Shown here: in pieces, positions 1 to 8,106 of the stretch
How positions within the stretch are numbered: position 1 is the stretch's first letter
Layout: every line of letters begins with the position of its first letter
Source of the DNA: Candidatus Electronema aureum
GTDB lineage: Bacteria > Desulfobacterota > Desulfobulbia > Desulfobulbales > Desulfobulbaceae
Direction: 5' to 3'
DNA length: 32,000 nt
Assembly: GCA_004284765.1 (NCBI GenBank)
Contig: NQJD01000011.1
Span: 1-32,000 of the forward strand
Made by a program: the position numbers and the translations under genes
The notes under the pieces: generated by a model
Database searches by the model: none
The model's input: the letters and a program-made list of their open reading frames with translations, nothing else
What the model was told of the DNA's origin: nothing

Positions 1-195
1 CTTTCATAAGAACGGCGTTTGGCTGGCGGGCATTCGCCCTCTGAAAACTGAGACCAAGTCGGAAGTCAACTTTTTCAATATTATATTGTTTTTAATGGTA
101 AATTCAATGTGTTTTTTAGGGAGCCGTCCGCTTTGCCACTCATGGTTCACCATTACCCTTTTTCGTCAGCCGGGCCGCTGTTTTCATTTACAACT

Positions 196-223
196 TTGCA
201 AGCTGCTAAAGGTCGGGTAGAAT
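196..223 (+). promoter_or_regulatory. candidate sigma70-type promoter upstream of the biotin carboxylase gene
   Basis: TTGCAA (196-201), 16-nt spacer, TAGAAT (218-223). It lies about 110 nt upstream of the GTG start at 334. Confidence 0.3.
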
Positions 224-333
224 ACAGAACCTTTCGGAAAGGACTCTGCCCTGACTTTCCCCCTGCCTCTACTGGGAAATCCGGCTCGTCATGCGGCAGA
301 ACACCATACAGAACACAGCTTGAAGAGGTTTTT

Positions 334-1737
334 GTGCAAGGCAAAGTGCTTATCGCCAATCGCGGAGAGATTGCCATCCGCATCATGGAGGCCTGCAAGG
401 CTTTGGAGCTTGATTACGCGGTTATTTACACGGATGCCGACCGCGATTCCGAGCATGTGCGGCGCAACCAACTTAATGGTCCGACTCAGAATGCTTGGCG
501 GGTAACCAGCTACACTGATCCTAACGATCTGTTGTCTGTGGCTGATCACGCAGGTTGCACGGCAGTTCATCCAGGCTATGGGTTCTTCTCAGAAGATTAC
601 CGCTTTGCCCGCCGAGTAACGGTGCGCGACCGACCCCTAATCTTCATCGGACCGAGCTGGGAGGTGATCCGCGATCTTGGCGACAAGATCAATACCAAGC
701 GCGTCGCTCAGAAGCTCGGCATTCCTACCATCCCCGGCACTTCCGCGCCCATCTATAATGAGATGGAAGCTGAGGAGATCGCCCAGCATATCCTTGATAT
801 TCAACGGGAGCAGAACGAGCCAAACCCAGCGATATTGGTCAAGGCAGCAGCGGGTGGCGGTGGTATGGGCATTGAGGAGGTCAATCGGATAGAACATTTC
901 CGCCGGACGTATCGCCGGGTGCAGAACTACGCCAAGCGGCAGTTTGGTGATGGTGGCGTGCTGATTGAGCAACGGCTCTGTGACTTCAATCACTTGGAAG
1001 TACAGTTAGTCTGCTCCCGCCACGACGAACGTATTCATTTCGGCACCCGTAACTGCACCATCCAATCCACGGGCCGCCAGAAGCGGGTTGAGGCTGCACC
1101 CGGTTTCCATACCTCCTGCTTTACCTATGATTTCGATGCGGATCATGTCTTAGCCAGCGTGGTCGAGCATTCGCTCAAGTTAGCTGATTACGTCAAGTAC
1201 GATAATGTTGGCACGTGGGAATGGATTGTCAGCCGCAGCGGCAGACCGTATCTTTTAGAGGTCAACACCCGCATTCAGGTGGAAAACGATGTCTCGGCCC
1301 GCATCAGCTATCTCAACGGTAAGCATCCTAATCTGTTGCAGGAGCAAATCCGCTTGGCCTTGGGCGCGCCGATGGGCTACGTCCAGAACGACATCGCCTT
1401 CAAGGGCGCAAGCATCGAGTTGCGCATTGTAGCCGAGAACACCCAGCGTAACTTTGCCCCGTGGATTGGTACTATCACCCGCTTTGACCTGCCCCAGTAC
1501 GACTGGTCAGCGATGTACAGTCATGTCCCAGCTGACCGCGCCTATCCCATTCCCAGCGAGTACGACCCCAACTTAGCTTTGGCCTTGGTTTGGGGAGATA
1601 ATGTGCAGCAGGCTAAGGAGCGGGCAAGGCAGTTTATTGACGACTGTCACATCGAAGGCGTGGACAGTTCAGGAGGCGGCATTCTCACTAATCTGGACTA
1701 CCTCCGCAGAAATCTTGACCGGCTGCTGACCTTCTGA
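334..1737 (+). CDS. accC: biotin carboxylase (ATP-grasp, acetyl-CoA carboxylase AccC-like), divergent
   Basis: The ORF track gives 109..1737. The conserved N-terminus KVLIANRGEIAIRI starts just after a GTG at 334 preceded by GAAGAGG (322-328), so 109-333 is probably leader. Motifs seen: KAAAGGGGMGI glycine loop, LEVNTRIQVE catalytic stretch, IELRIVAEN. Confidence 0.8.
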   Translation: MQGKVLIANRGEIAIRIMEACKALELDYAVIYTDADRDSEHVRRNQLNGPTQNAWRVTSYTDPNDLLSVADHAGCTAVHPGYGFFSEDYRFARRVTVRDRPLIFIGPSWEVIRDLGDKINTKRVAQKLGIPTIPGTSAPIYNEMEAEEIAQHILDIQREQNEPNPAILVKAAAGGGGMGIEEVNRIEHFRRTYRRVQNYAKRQFGDGGVLIEQRLCDFNHLEVQLVCSRHDERIHFGTRNCTIQSTGRQKRVEAAPGFHTSCFTYDFDADHVLASVVEHSLKLADYVKYDNVGTWEWIVSRSGRPYLLEVNTRIQVENDVSARISYLNGKHPNLLQEQIRLALGAPMGYVQNDIAFKGASIELRIVAENTQRNFAPWIGTITRFDLPQYDWSAMYSHVPADRAYPIPSEYDPNLALALVWGDNVQQAKERARQFIDDCHIEGVDSSGGGILTNLDYLRRNLDRLLTF

Positions 1738-1756
1738 GCCGCTGCATACGACACCC

Positions 1757-4030
1757 ATGAATGATCTCATCAAACAGCTCCAAGAGCTGGACCAGCGCAT
1801 CGGCTACCTGATTCACATCAAAGACTCGGACAAATGGGGCAATCTGGTTGAATTCCGCAGCAAGGCCGAACAGCTCCTCAACTCCGTCTTTGACATCAGT
1901 CGAGACGAGTTCGCCTCCCGCTTAGGCAAGCTGGAGGATTCGGTTCGCTTTCTGGAGGAACGCTGCGAGGAGGGGCTGACCTCGATGGAGCGGGTGCGGA
2001 TCGTGCGCTCGCCGCTGCGCTTCACCTTGAAGGACATTCTGGAAAACGTTTACGAGGAACACAAGGAACTGGGCGGCGCAGGCGAGGCGAACATCGATCC
2101 GGCTATGGTGGTGGCCAAGGCCAACATTGTCCGGCGGATCAAGCGCAAGCCTTATACATCTCCGGTGATGGTTATCGGGCAGGAAGTAGGGCGGGGTGAG
2201 GAATTCCGCAACGGTGGTTCGTGCAAGCCTTGGGGCAACGAGAAGGCTATGCGCTACATGAAGGTGGCTGAGACGGAAGGAATTCCGATCCATTTTTACG
2301 TCTTCACCCCTGGCTCTTATCCCGTGGAGGATTATCCCGGCGCGGCCCAGCAGATCGCTCGCAACCTTTATACCATGACTAAGCTGCGGGTGCCGATGAT
2401 TTCGGTGATCTCTGAAGGTGGCTCTGGTGGAGCTGAAGCGATTGGCCTGAGCGACCTCCGCTTGATGTTCTCGCACGGGTATTACTCGGTTATTTCGCCT
2501 GAAGGCGCGGCAGCTATTGAAGGCCGGGTTAAAGAGGGTAGAAAAGCATCTCCAGAGCTGATTGAGAAATGCGCTCGCCAGCTCAACATCACCGCTGCCG
2601 ACAACCTGCGTCTCGGCACCATAGATCGAATCATTCAGGAACCACCTCTGGGGGCAAAGAGCGATGACTTTGCCTTTTTTGGGCGCATTCGTTCCGATAT
2701 TATCCGTGCTACAGACGAGGTGGTGCTGCGAACCAAGAGTATGCGCAGCTTCCGCTCCTACGAGGTGAAGCGGAAAAAAGCGGAAAGCCCAGATGAGGCA
2801 CCGCAGATCGATATTCCTTGGGATTTGGATGAGGGCGAGACCGACAAACTTTTGGATTTGCGTTCAAAGAAATACCGTGAGATGAGTCTGCACAGCTTTG
2901 GCGGCATCACCATGCCTGCTGAAAACCTTGTTAAATTCTTCTGCTCCGCCACCGAGAAGTTTTGGTACACCGTCCGTTATGACGTGCTGAAAACCCAGCA
3001 AAAGCAGGTGCAAAAGACAATCAAGGAGCTGTCTGGCGAAGGTACGGCTTTGGTCAATCGGCTCACTGCGCCTTTCACTAAGATTTTCAACCGGGAAGAA
3101 AGCAACGAAAGCAGACCGGTGCCACGCTCTTTGGTTACTGCTGATCCTCAGTCCGCCGGTGACTACTGTTTGATTCAGGACCCGCTGGAACTGACCGATA
3201 CCTACACCAGTCCGTTAGCCAATGAAGACCGCACCATCACCTGCCCGAATGCGGAAAAATACGGTTGTAAAGACCTGTGGATACCTGATTTGTACGGCGA
3301 GTTTTGCGGCGTGTGCGAGAACTGCGGCCATCATTTTCCGCTCGAATATCAGTGGTATCTGAAGAACGTCTTTGATCCCGGCTCGATCAAGATATTCAAC
3401 AACGATATCTTCTCCAAAAATCCGCTCAACTACGAGGGATTTGACGAACGGCTGCAAGCGGCTCGTGCTAAAACTGGCATGGGCTGCGCCAACCTAACCT
3501 TTCATGCGCGGGTTAAGGACATTGAGTTAGTCGTAACCATGCTGTTTTCCGATTTCCGCAATGGTACAGTGGGTTCGGCCGAGGGCGAAAAGTTCGTCCG
3601 TGCCTGCGACATCGCCCGGCGGAAAAAGCGGCCTCTGCTTGCCTACGTCCACACCACCGGCGGCATCCGCATCCAAGAAGGCACCCTCGGCGTGGCCCAG
3701 ATGCCCAAATGTACAATGGCGGTACGGGAGTATATCGATGCCGGTGGCCTGTACATTGTCGTCTATGACAACAACTCTTACGCCGGGCCAGTGGCTTCGT
3801 TCTTGGGCTGCTCGCCCTATCAGTTTGCCATCCGTTCCAGCCGCATCGGCTTTGCTGGGCCACGTGTTATCCGTGAAACCACCGGCATTGATATCCCGCC
3901 GGACTACCACGATGCCCGCAATGCCCTCAAGCGCGGCCATATTCAAGGCATCACTGATCGCCGCGACTTCCGCCGCCACCTCTATCAGGTCATGCAGACG
4001 ATGGGCAGCCCAGGGCTGTATTACCGGTAG
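1757..4030 (+). CDS. fused carboxyltransferase, AccA-like N-terminal half and AccD-like C-terminal half
   Basis: N-terminal half, AccA-like: RVRIVRSPLR, PVMVIGQEVGRG, NGGSCKPWGNEKAMRYM, SEGGSGGAEAIG, YSVISPEGAAAIEG. C-terminal half, AccD-like: Cys4 zinc ribbon CPNAEKYGC...CGVCENCGHHF, GTVGSAEGEKF, TTGGIRIQEG, IGFAGPRVIRETTG. The gap to the upstream BC gene is 19 nt. Confidence 0.8.
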   Translation: MNDLIKQLQELDQRIGYLIHIKDSDKWGNLVEFRSKAEQLLNSVFDISRDEFASRLGKLEDSVRFLEERCEEGLTSMERVRIVRSPLRFTLKDILENVYEEHKELGGAGEANIDPAMVVAKANIVRRIKRKPYTSPVMVIGQEVGRGEEFRNGGSCKPWGNEKAMRYMKVAETEGIPIHFYVFTPGSYPVEDYPGAAQQIARNLYTMTKLRVPMISVISEGGSGGAEAIGLSDLRLMFSHGYYSVISPEGAAAIEGRVKEGRKASPELIEKCARQLNITAADNLRLGTIDRIIQEPPLGAKSDDFAFFGRIRSDIIRATDEVVLRTKSMRSFRSYEVKRKKAESPDEAPQIDIPWDLDEGETDKLLDLRSKKYREMSLHSFGGITMPAENLVKFFCSATEKFWYTVRYDVLKTQQKQVQKTIKELSGEGTALVNRLTAPFTKIFNREESNESRPVPRSLVTADPQSAGDYCLIQDPLELTDTYTSPLANEDRTITCPNAEKYGCKDLWIPDLYGEFCGVCENCGHHFPLEYQWYLKNVFDPGSIKIFNNDIFSKNPLNYEGFDERLQAARAKTGMGCANLTFHARVKDIELVVTMLFSDFRNGTVGSAEGEKFVRACDIARRKKRPLLAYVHTTGGIRIQEGTLGVAQMPKCTMAVREYIDAGGLYIVVYDNNSYAGPVASFLGCSPYQFAIRSSRIGFAGPRVIRETTGIDIPPDYHDARNALKRGHIQGITDRRDFRRHLYQVMQTMGSPGLYYR

Positions 4031-4061
4031 CGTTTTTTTGACGGCAGTCGCAGGCTTTTTC

Positions 4062-4090
4062 TTGACCTTGCTGCTCTGCTGTGTTAAATA
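4062..4090 (+). promoter_or_regulatory. candidate sigma70-type promoter for tRNA-Lys
   Basis: TTGACC (4062-4067), 17-nt spacer, TAAATA (4085-4090). It lies about 22 nt upstream of the mature tRNA 5' end. Confidence 0.45.
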
Positions 4091-4112
4091 AGGGATACAA
4101 TTTTTGCATCAC

Positions 4113-4188
<76 letters not shown>

Positions 4189-4197
4189 GGAAATTCA

Positions 4198-4234
4198 AGG
4201 AGTTAGCCTTTGACAGGTTGGCTCCTTTTTTTTT
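4198..4234 (+). terminator. probable intrinsic terminator after tRNA-Lys
   Basis: Imperfect stem AGGAG..CC / GGCTCCT followed by a run of nine T (4226-4234). Confidence 0.45.
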
Positions 4235-4374
4235 GCAATATTTTAGCTCCCATCCTACCCTCACTTTTTTGTTCAGAACGCAAAAAACAGTCCGCAGCTT
4301 CGTCCCTTTTGATAGACCTCTTGCATAAGTTAGAATACACATACGTTGCACATGAGATACGAAACATTCTGCTG

Positions 4375-4403
4375 TTGCACAACCGAGCCTGTTTTTGTAC
4401 AAT
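4375..4403 (+). promoter_or_regulatory. candidate sigma70-type promoter for the caspase-like/FGE gene
   Basis: TTGCAC (4375-4380), 17-nt spacer, TACAAT (4398-4403). An RBS AGGGAGA lies just upstream of the ATG at 4476. Confidence 0.45.
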
Positions 4404-4475
4404 TCTTGTAATTTTTATCCTTAATCACTGTTTAGCGCAGTGGTTCCTGCATAACATAAAATCAGGGAGACACCT

Positions 4476-6107
4476 ATGACTTGGCAGCAGAAAAGGGAGC
4501 AATCAGTAATCATCTTTACACTGCTCCTCTTCATTGTGCTGGCTGTGAGCGCGGCTGCATCAGGACAACCAGCCACGCCAGATTTTGGCAAATACCACGC
4601 CGTAGTGATCGGCAATCAGAGCTACCAGCACATGGACGAACTGAAAACTGCGCGAGCCGATGCACAAGAAGTCGCGAGAATGCTGGAGGAAAAATACGGT
4701 TTTAAGGTTGAGTTGCTCCTTGATGCTGACCGTGATCGAACGCTGTGGACGCTCTCGCAGCTGCCAAAACGGATGACTAACCGAGATCGCGACAATTTGC
4801 TGATTTACTATACTGGACATAGTCAGATCAGCCACAGCGGCGCAGGCTATTGGAAGCCCGTAGATGCTGATTTGGTTAACGACAGCGAATGGATACCAAC
4901 GGCACTGATTACCAATATTCTCAGCACGGTGCGGGCAAAGCACGTTCTGGTGGTGACGGATTCCAGTTACTCCGGCAGCCTCCAGTTGCCTGATGATTCA
5001 AGGCTCCGGGAAAGCCGGGAAGTACGGCTTCAGCGGCTGTTAGAAACTTCCTCGCTCACCTCCTTGGTTTCTGGTAGCGAACGACCGACGTATGAGGAGG
5101 GAGCAAGGCACTCGTTGTTTGCCCGCAGTTTTCTGATCACGCTGCGGGACAACCAAGAGGTACTGTCTGGTCGTAGCCTGTTTGAGCGGATGCTTCAGCC
5201 AGTTTATAGAAGCACGGGTCAGCTGCCGAGATACGGATATATCAACAAAACCAGCCATGAGCAGGGTGATTTTCTTATAGTACCCAAGCAGTTGCAAGAG
5301 AACATACACCAAGAAACAGCACGACCTGCCGTTAAGATGAAAGCACTGCCCGCGCAAGAACCGCAACCCGTACTTGCTGCTCCTGCGCCAGAGCCACCAA
5401 AAAAAGGTGACATGTTACTCAACGAAGCCACGGGCATAGAGTTTGTTTACGTGCCGGGTGGTTGTTTTAAAATGGGATCACCGTTCGGAGAAAAAGGACG
5501 GTTCGCTTGGGAAGGACCGGTGCATGAAGTCTGTGTGAATGGCTTTTGGATGAGTAAATATGAGGTCACGCAGAATCAATGGGAAAAGATTATGCACAAC
5601 AATCCCTCCGGCTTCAAAAAGAGCGGTAGGGGCCAGTATCCAGTAGAGAATGTTTCATGGAACGATGCCAAGGCCTTTGTGGAGAAGATGAACAAACGCT
5701 CTCAACGAGTCTATCGACTGCCCACTGAGGCTGAATGGGAATACGCCTGCCGCGCTGATGGTTCCGGCAAATACTGCGGCGGCGACAACCCTGATGTTTT
5801 GGCTTGGCATGAGGAAAACGGCGGCAAAAAAACGCATCAAATCGGCGGCAAGCAGGCTAACGGCTTTGGACTTTATGATATGAGCGGTAATGTCTGGGAG
5901 TGGTGTGCCGATAAATTTGACAAGGATTACTATGCTGCGGGCGGGGTACGTAACAATCCGCGCGGGCCTTCAGGTGGTGGAGAACGGGTAGTACGGGGCG
6001 GATCGGCAGGCAGTAGGGTGCATAACTGTCGGGCTGCTTTCCGTTTCAGAAACAAGCCTGACTACCGGGAAGACCTGCTCGGTTTTCGCGTTCTGATGCA
6101 GGAGTAA
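4476..6107 (+). CDS. exported caspase-like (peptidase C14) domain fused to an FGE-sulfatase (SUMF1-like) domain
   Basis: N-terminal hydrophobic signal-like segment IIFTLLLFIVLAVSAAASG. Caspase-like block YHAVVIGNQSY...LLIYYTGHS...VLVVTDSSYSGS. Pro-rich linker. FGE-type block GCFKMGSP, YEVTQNQWEKIM, VENVSWNDAKAFV, YRLPTEAEWEYACRA, YDMSGNVWEWC, RVVRGGS. Confidence 0.8.
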   Translation: MTWQQKREQSVIIFTLLLFIVLAVSAAASGQPATPDFGKYHAVVIGNQSYQHMDELKTARADAQEVARMLEEKYGFKVELLLDADRDRTLWTLSQLPKRMTNRDRDNLLIYYTGHSQISHSGAGYWKPVDADLVNDSEWIPTALITNILSTVRAKHVLVVTDSSYSGSLQLPDDSRLRESREVRLQRLLETSSLTSLVSGSERPTYEEGARHSLFARSFLITLRDNQEVLSGRSLFERMLQPVYRSTGQLPRYGYINKTSHEQGDFLIVPKQLQENIHQETARPAVKMKALPAQEPQPVLAAPAPEPPKKGDMLLNEATGIEFVYVPGGCFKMGSPFGEKGRFAWEGPVHEVCVNGFWMSKYEVTQNQWEKIMHNNPSGFKKSGRGQYPVENVSWNDAKAFVEKMNKRSQRVYRLPTEAEWEYACRADGSGKYCGGDNPDVLAWHEENGGKKTHQIGGKQANGFGLYDMSGNVWEWCADKFDKDYYAAGGVRNNPRGPSGGGERVVRGGSAGSRVHNCRAAFRFRNKPDYREDLLGFRVLMQE

Positions 6108-6109
6108 TC

Positions 6110-6155
6110 AAACAACAAGAGCTTCCTCAATTGATCGAGGAAGCTCTTGTTGTTT
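6110..6155. terminator. perfect 19-bp inverted repeat between convergent genes (probable bidirectional terminator)
   Basis: AAACAACAAGAGCTTCCTC (6110-6128), 8-nt loop AATTGATC, GAGGAAGCTCTTGTTGTTT (6137-6155). It sits between the stop at 6107 (+) and the stop at 6177 (-). Confidence 0.6.
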
Positions 6156-6176
6156 ATTGTTTAACAGACAGAAAAA

Positions 6177-6629
6177 TTAATTCTTCTGCTCGACAGGAGG
6201 AAGGGTTTCTTGTGCAGGTTCTGTAATAGGAGGAAGAGATTCTTGTACAGATTCTGTAGGTTCATATTTCTGCGGCACTTGCTTCTGCTCTTCAGAATTG
6301 CCTTGTTCCGCATTTTTTTGTTCTTCAGGAGCGATTTCATCCAATGATTCTTCAACTACAGCATCTTCTGCAACAGATTCCTCTTCAGTCCCTTCTGCTT
6401 CAGCTGCCTGTGGCTCTTCAGTAGTATCAGTAGGTTCTTCTTCTATTACTGCTTCTTCTTCAGTCTTAGCTTCAGCAGCATTTTGGTTATTCTCAACTGG
6501 TGGCTTTTGTGCCTCTTGGTTTGCGGTAGCGGCGGCAGGTTTTTCATCAGAACCCGGTTTTTCGCAGGCGGCTAAGAAAAAAAGCAGCAAAAGACTGCTG
6601 ACCAGAGCGGCTGTTTTTTTGACAATCAT
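6177..6629 (-). CDS. acidic low-complexity lipoprotein
   Basis: Signal peptide with lipobox MIVKKTAALVSSLLLLFFLAAC. The rest is E/A/P/Q-rich low complexity. Confidence 0.6.
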   Translation of the reverse strand: MIVKKTAALVSSLLLLFFLAACEKPGSDEKPAAATANQEAQKPPVENNQNAAEAKTEEEAVIEEEPTDTTEEPQAAEAEGTEEESVAEDAVVEESLDEIAPEEQKNAEQGNSEEQKQVPQKYEPTESVQESLPPITEPAQETLPPVEQKN

Positions 6630-6831
6630 TGAACCATCCCCCCTTAGGAGTTAAAAAGTGAATATATGTTGCGTTATGATACAGGGCAGGTTTGCTCTGT
6701 CAATTATTTTTTTAATGCCTATGAATTGTACCTCTGCAACAGAGGTGGTTGACAATCTACTAATGAAATTGTTTCGTTGTTGAAATTAAAAAAAATGGTA
6801 GATGTCAAGCGAAACTCCCAGCAATAAATTG

Positions 6832-6867
6832 TATCAGGAAGACATTAAAAACAATGCCTTCCTGATA
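6832..6867 (-). terminator. hairpin downstream of the repeat-lipoprotein gene
   Basis: TATCAGGAAG (6832-6841) pairs with CTTCCTGATA (6858-6867), plus 4 further inner pairs and a 6-nt loop. It lies 26 nt past the stop of the minus-strand gene at 6893. Confidence 0.4.
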
Positions 6868-6892
6868 ATGTGTCGCTGCGGTATTCCTATAA

Positions 6893-7360
6893 TTACGGAT
6901 TTACAGGGGAGCCATCAACAGGCATGTCACTATCAATTGTAGTGGTGGTACCTTCGTCGATAACAGTACCTTCTTCACTGCCTACTTCAACAGTGGTACC
7001 TTCATCGATAACAGTACCTTCTTCACTGCCTACTTCAACAGTGGTGCCTTCGTCGATAACGGTACCTTCTTCACTGCCTACTTCAACGGTGGTGCCTTCA
7101 TCAACAACAGTACCTTCTTCTGAGACAAACTCAGTGGTTCCGTCCTCAACAATTGTTTCATCGCCAGTGACTCCAACAGTGCCTTCTTCCATAATTACTT
7201 CCTCATCAGCGGGTGCTGATGCTTCTTGCATCTGCTGTGTAGGAGCAACAACAGGGTCTTTCCCTGTCACGGAACCTGGAGGAGAGCAAACACAGGCTGC
7301 GGAAAAAAGAAGAAAATACAAACCACCGATGAGATAACAAGCTGAATTTCTGATGTTCAT
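6893..7360 (-). CDS. acidic lipoprotein with 16-aa tandem repeats
   Basis: The ORF track gives 6893..7447. I prefer the ATG at 7360 (MNIRNSACYLIGGLYFLLFSAAC, lipobox), which is preceded by AAGGGGG. The body contains EEGTVIDEGTTVEVGS repeats. Confidence 0.6.
   Translation of the reverse strand: MNIRNSACYLIGGLYFLLFSAACVCSPPGSVTGKDPVVAPTQQMQEASAPADEEVIMEEGTVGVTGDETIVEDGTTEFVSEEGTVVDEGTTVEVGSEEGTVIDEGTTVEVGSEEGTVIDEGTTVEVGSEEGTVIDEGTTTTIDSDMPVDGSPVNP
6945..7136. repeat. 48-bp tandem repeat, about 4 copies, inside the lipoprotein CDS
   Basis: Units start at 6945, 6993, 7041 and 7089. The first three are near-identical (GTGGTACCTTCGTCGATAACAGTACCTTCTTCACTGCCTACTTCAACA); the fourth has diverged. 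Confidence 0.85.
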
Positions 7361-7417
7361 TTGATTTTGGCCCCCTTTGAAAGGATAAAAGTAAATGTGC
7401 CGCTGATAAGTTAGTAT

Positions 7418-7447
7418 ATGATATCTTCGAGCTATTCGCCCTGTCAA
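7418..7447 (-). promoter_or_regulatory. candidate sigma70-type promoter for the repeat lipoprotein
   Basis: Read on the minus strand: TTGACA (7447-7442), 17-18 nt spacer, ATATCA/TATCAT (7424-7418). Confidence 0.35.
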
Positions 7448-7508
7448 ATATTTTTTACCTGAAAAAGATTTGTCTGCTCATCAAATCCCAACGGCCTGCT
7501 TGAGACGG

Positions 7509-8090
7509 TCAACATTCCAAGAGCTGAATAATCCGCTCCACCGCTTCCGACAAATCATGAGCAATCACGACTGGCTGAATCTTTTTTTGCGGGCCGATAT
7601 ATTCCAGCTCACCTCGTCCGTAACCAGTTAAAACGAGTACAGGGCGAACTCCAGCACGGATTCCGCATTCCAAATCCGACCAACGATCACCGACTATGAA
7701 AGAGCGAGACAGATCAAGGTTCAGATTAATGGCTGCCTCCTCTATCAGGCCCGGTTGTGGCTTGCGACAGCGGCATGCTTGACGATACTGCTCAATTTTG
7801 GCCTCTGGATGATGAGGGCAAACGTAAATACCATCCAAATGCGCTCCTTCTTCAGCCAGCAGACGTTTCATCTCTACATGAACTGCATCCAGCAGAGCAG
7901 AAGGAAAATAACCTCGCGCTAAACCGGACTGATTTGTCACCACCACTGCCGAAATGCTGTGATCGTTAAGCCGACGAATAGCCTGCGGCACTCCCGGTAA
8001 AAGAACAAAGCGGCTCAAGTGGTTGATATAGCCCCTCTGCTCATTGATGGTGCCGTCGCGATCAAGAAAAACTGCCGATTTTTTGTTCAT
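7509..8090 (-). CDS. gmhB: D-glycero-D-manno-heptose 1,7-bisphosphate phosphatase (HAD subfamily III)
   Basis: VFLDRDGTINE motif I, VVTNQSG motif II, zinc-loop CPHHPEAKIEQYRQACRCRKPQPG, and GDRWSDLECG motif IV. Confidence 0.8.
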   Translation of the reverse strand: MNKKSAVFLDRDGTINEQRGYINHLSRFVLLPGVPQAIRRLNDHSISAVVVTNQSGLARGYFPSALLDAVHVEMKRLLAEEGAHLDGIYVCPHHPEAKIEQYRQACRCRKPQPGLIEEAAINLNLDLSRSFIVGDRWSDLECGIRAGVRPVLVLTGYGRGELEYIGPQKKIQPVVIAHDLSEAVERIIQLLEC

Positions 8091-8106
8091 ACAAAGGGAG
8101 TTTTAT

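Noticed and set aside
2-108. An open frame running in from the left window edge, possibly the 3' end of an upstream gene.
   Set aside because: No motif is recognisable. The frame continues implausibly through the promoter and leader of the BC gene, so no call can be supported.
109-333. A 75-aa N-terminal extension of the biotin carboxylase ORF, from a GTG at 109.
   Set aside because: The extension is not BC-like. The conserved N-terminus begins right after the GTG at 334, which has a GAAGAGG RBS. The region is more likely a 5' leader containing a promoter candidate.
4219-4237. A sigma54-like element, TGGCTC...TTGCA, after the tRNA.
   Set aside because: The GG-to-GC spacing is 13 nt instead of 10. 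The T-run is better explained as the tRNA terminator tail.
6870-7337. A 155-aa + strand ORF (S/T/V/P-rich) antisense to the repeat lipoprotein. A similar one lies at 6298..6654, antisense to the other lipoprotein.
   Set aside because: The minus-strand frames have an RBS, a signal peptide and a lipobox. The + strand frames lack start context and simply mirror the repeat composition.
4189-7500. A genomic island integrated at tRNA-Lys, covering the caspase-like fusion and the two lipoproteins.
   Set aside because: I found no integrase and no direct repeat of the tRNA 3' end anywhere downstream. An accessory character is plausible, but island status cannot be supported from this window.
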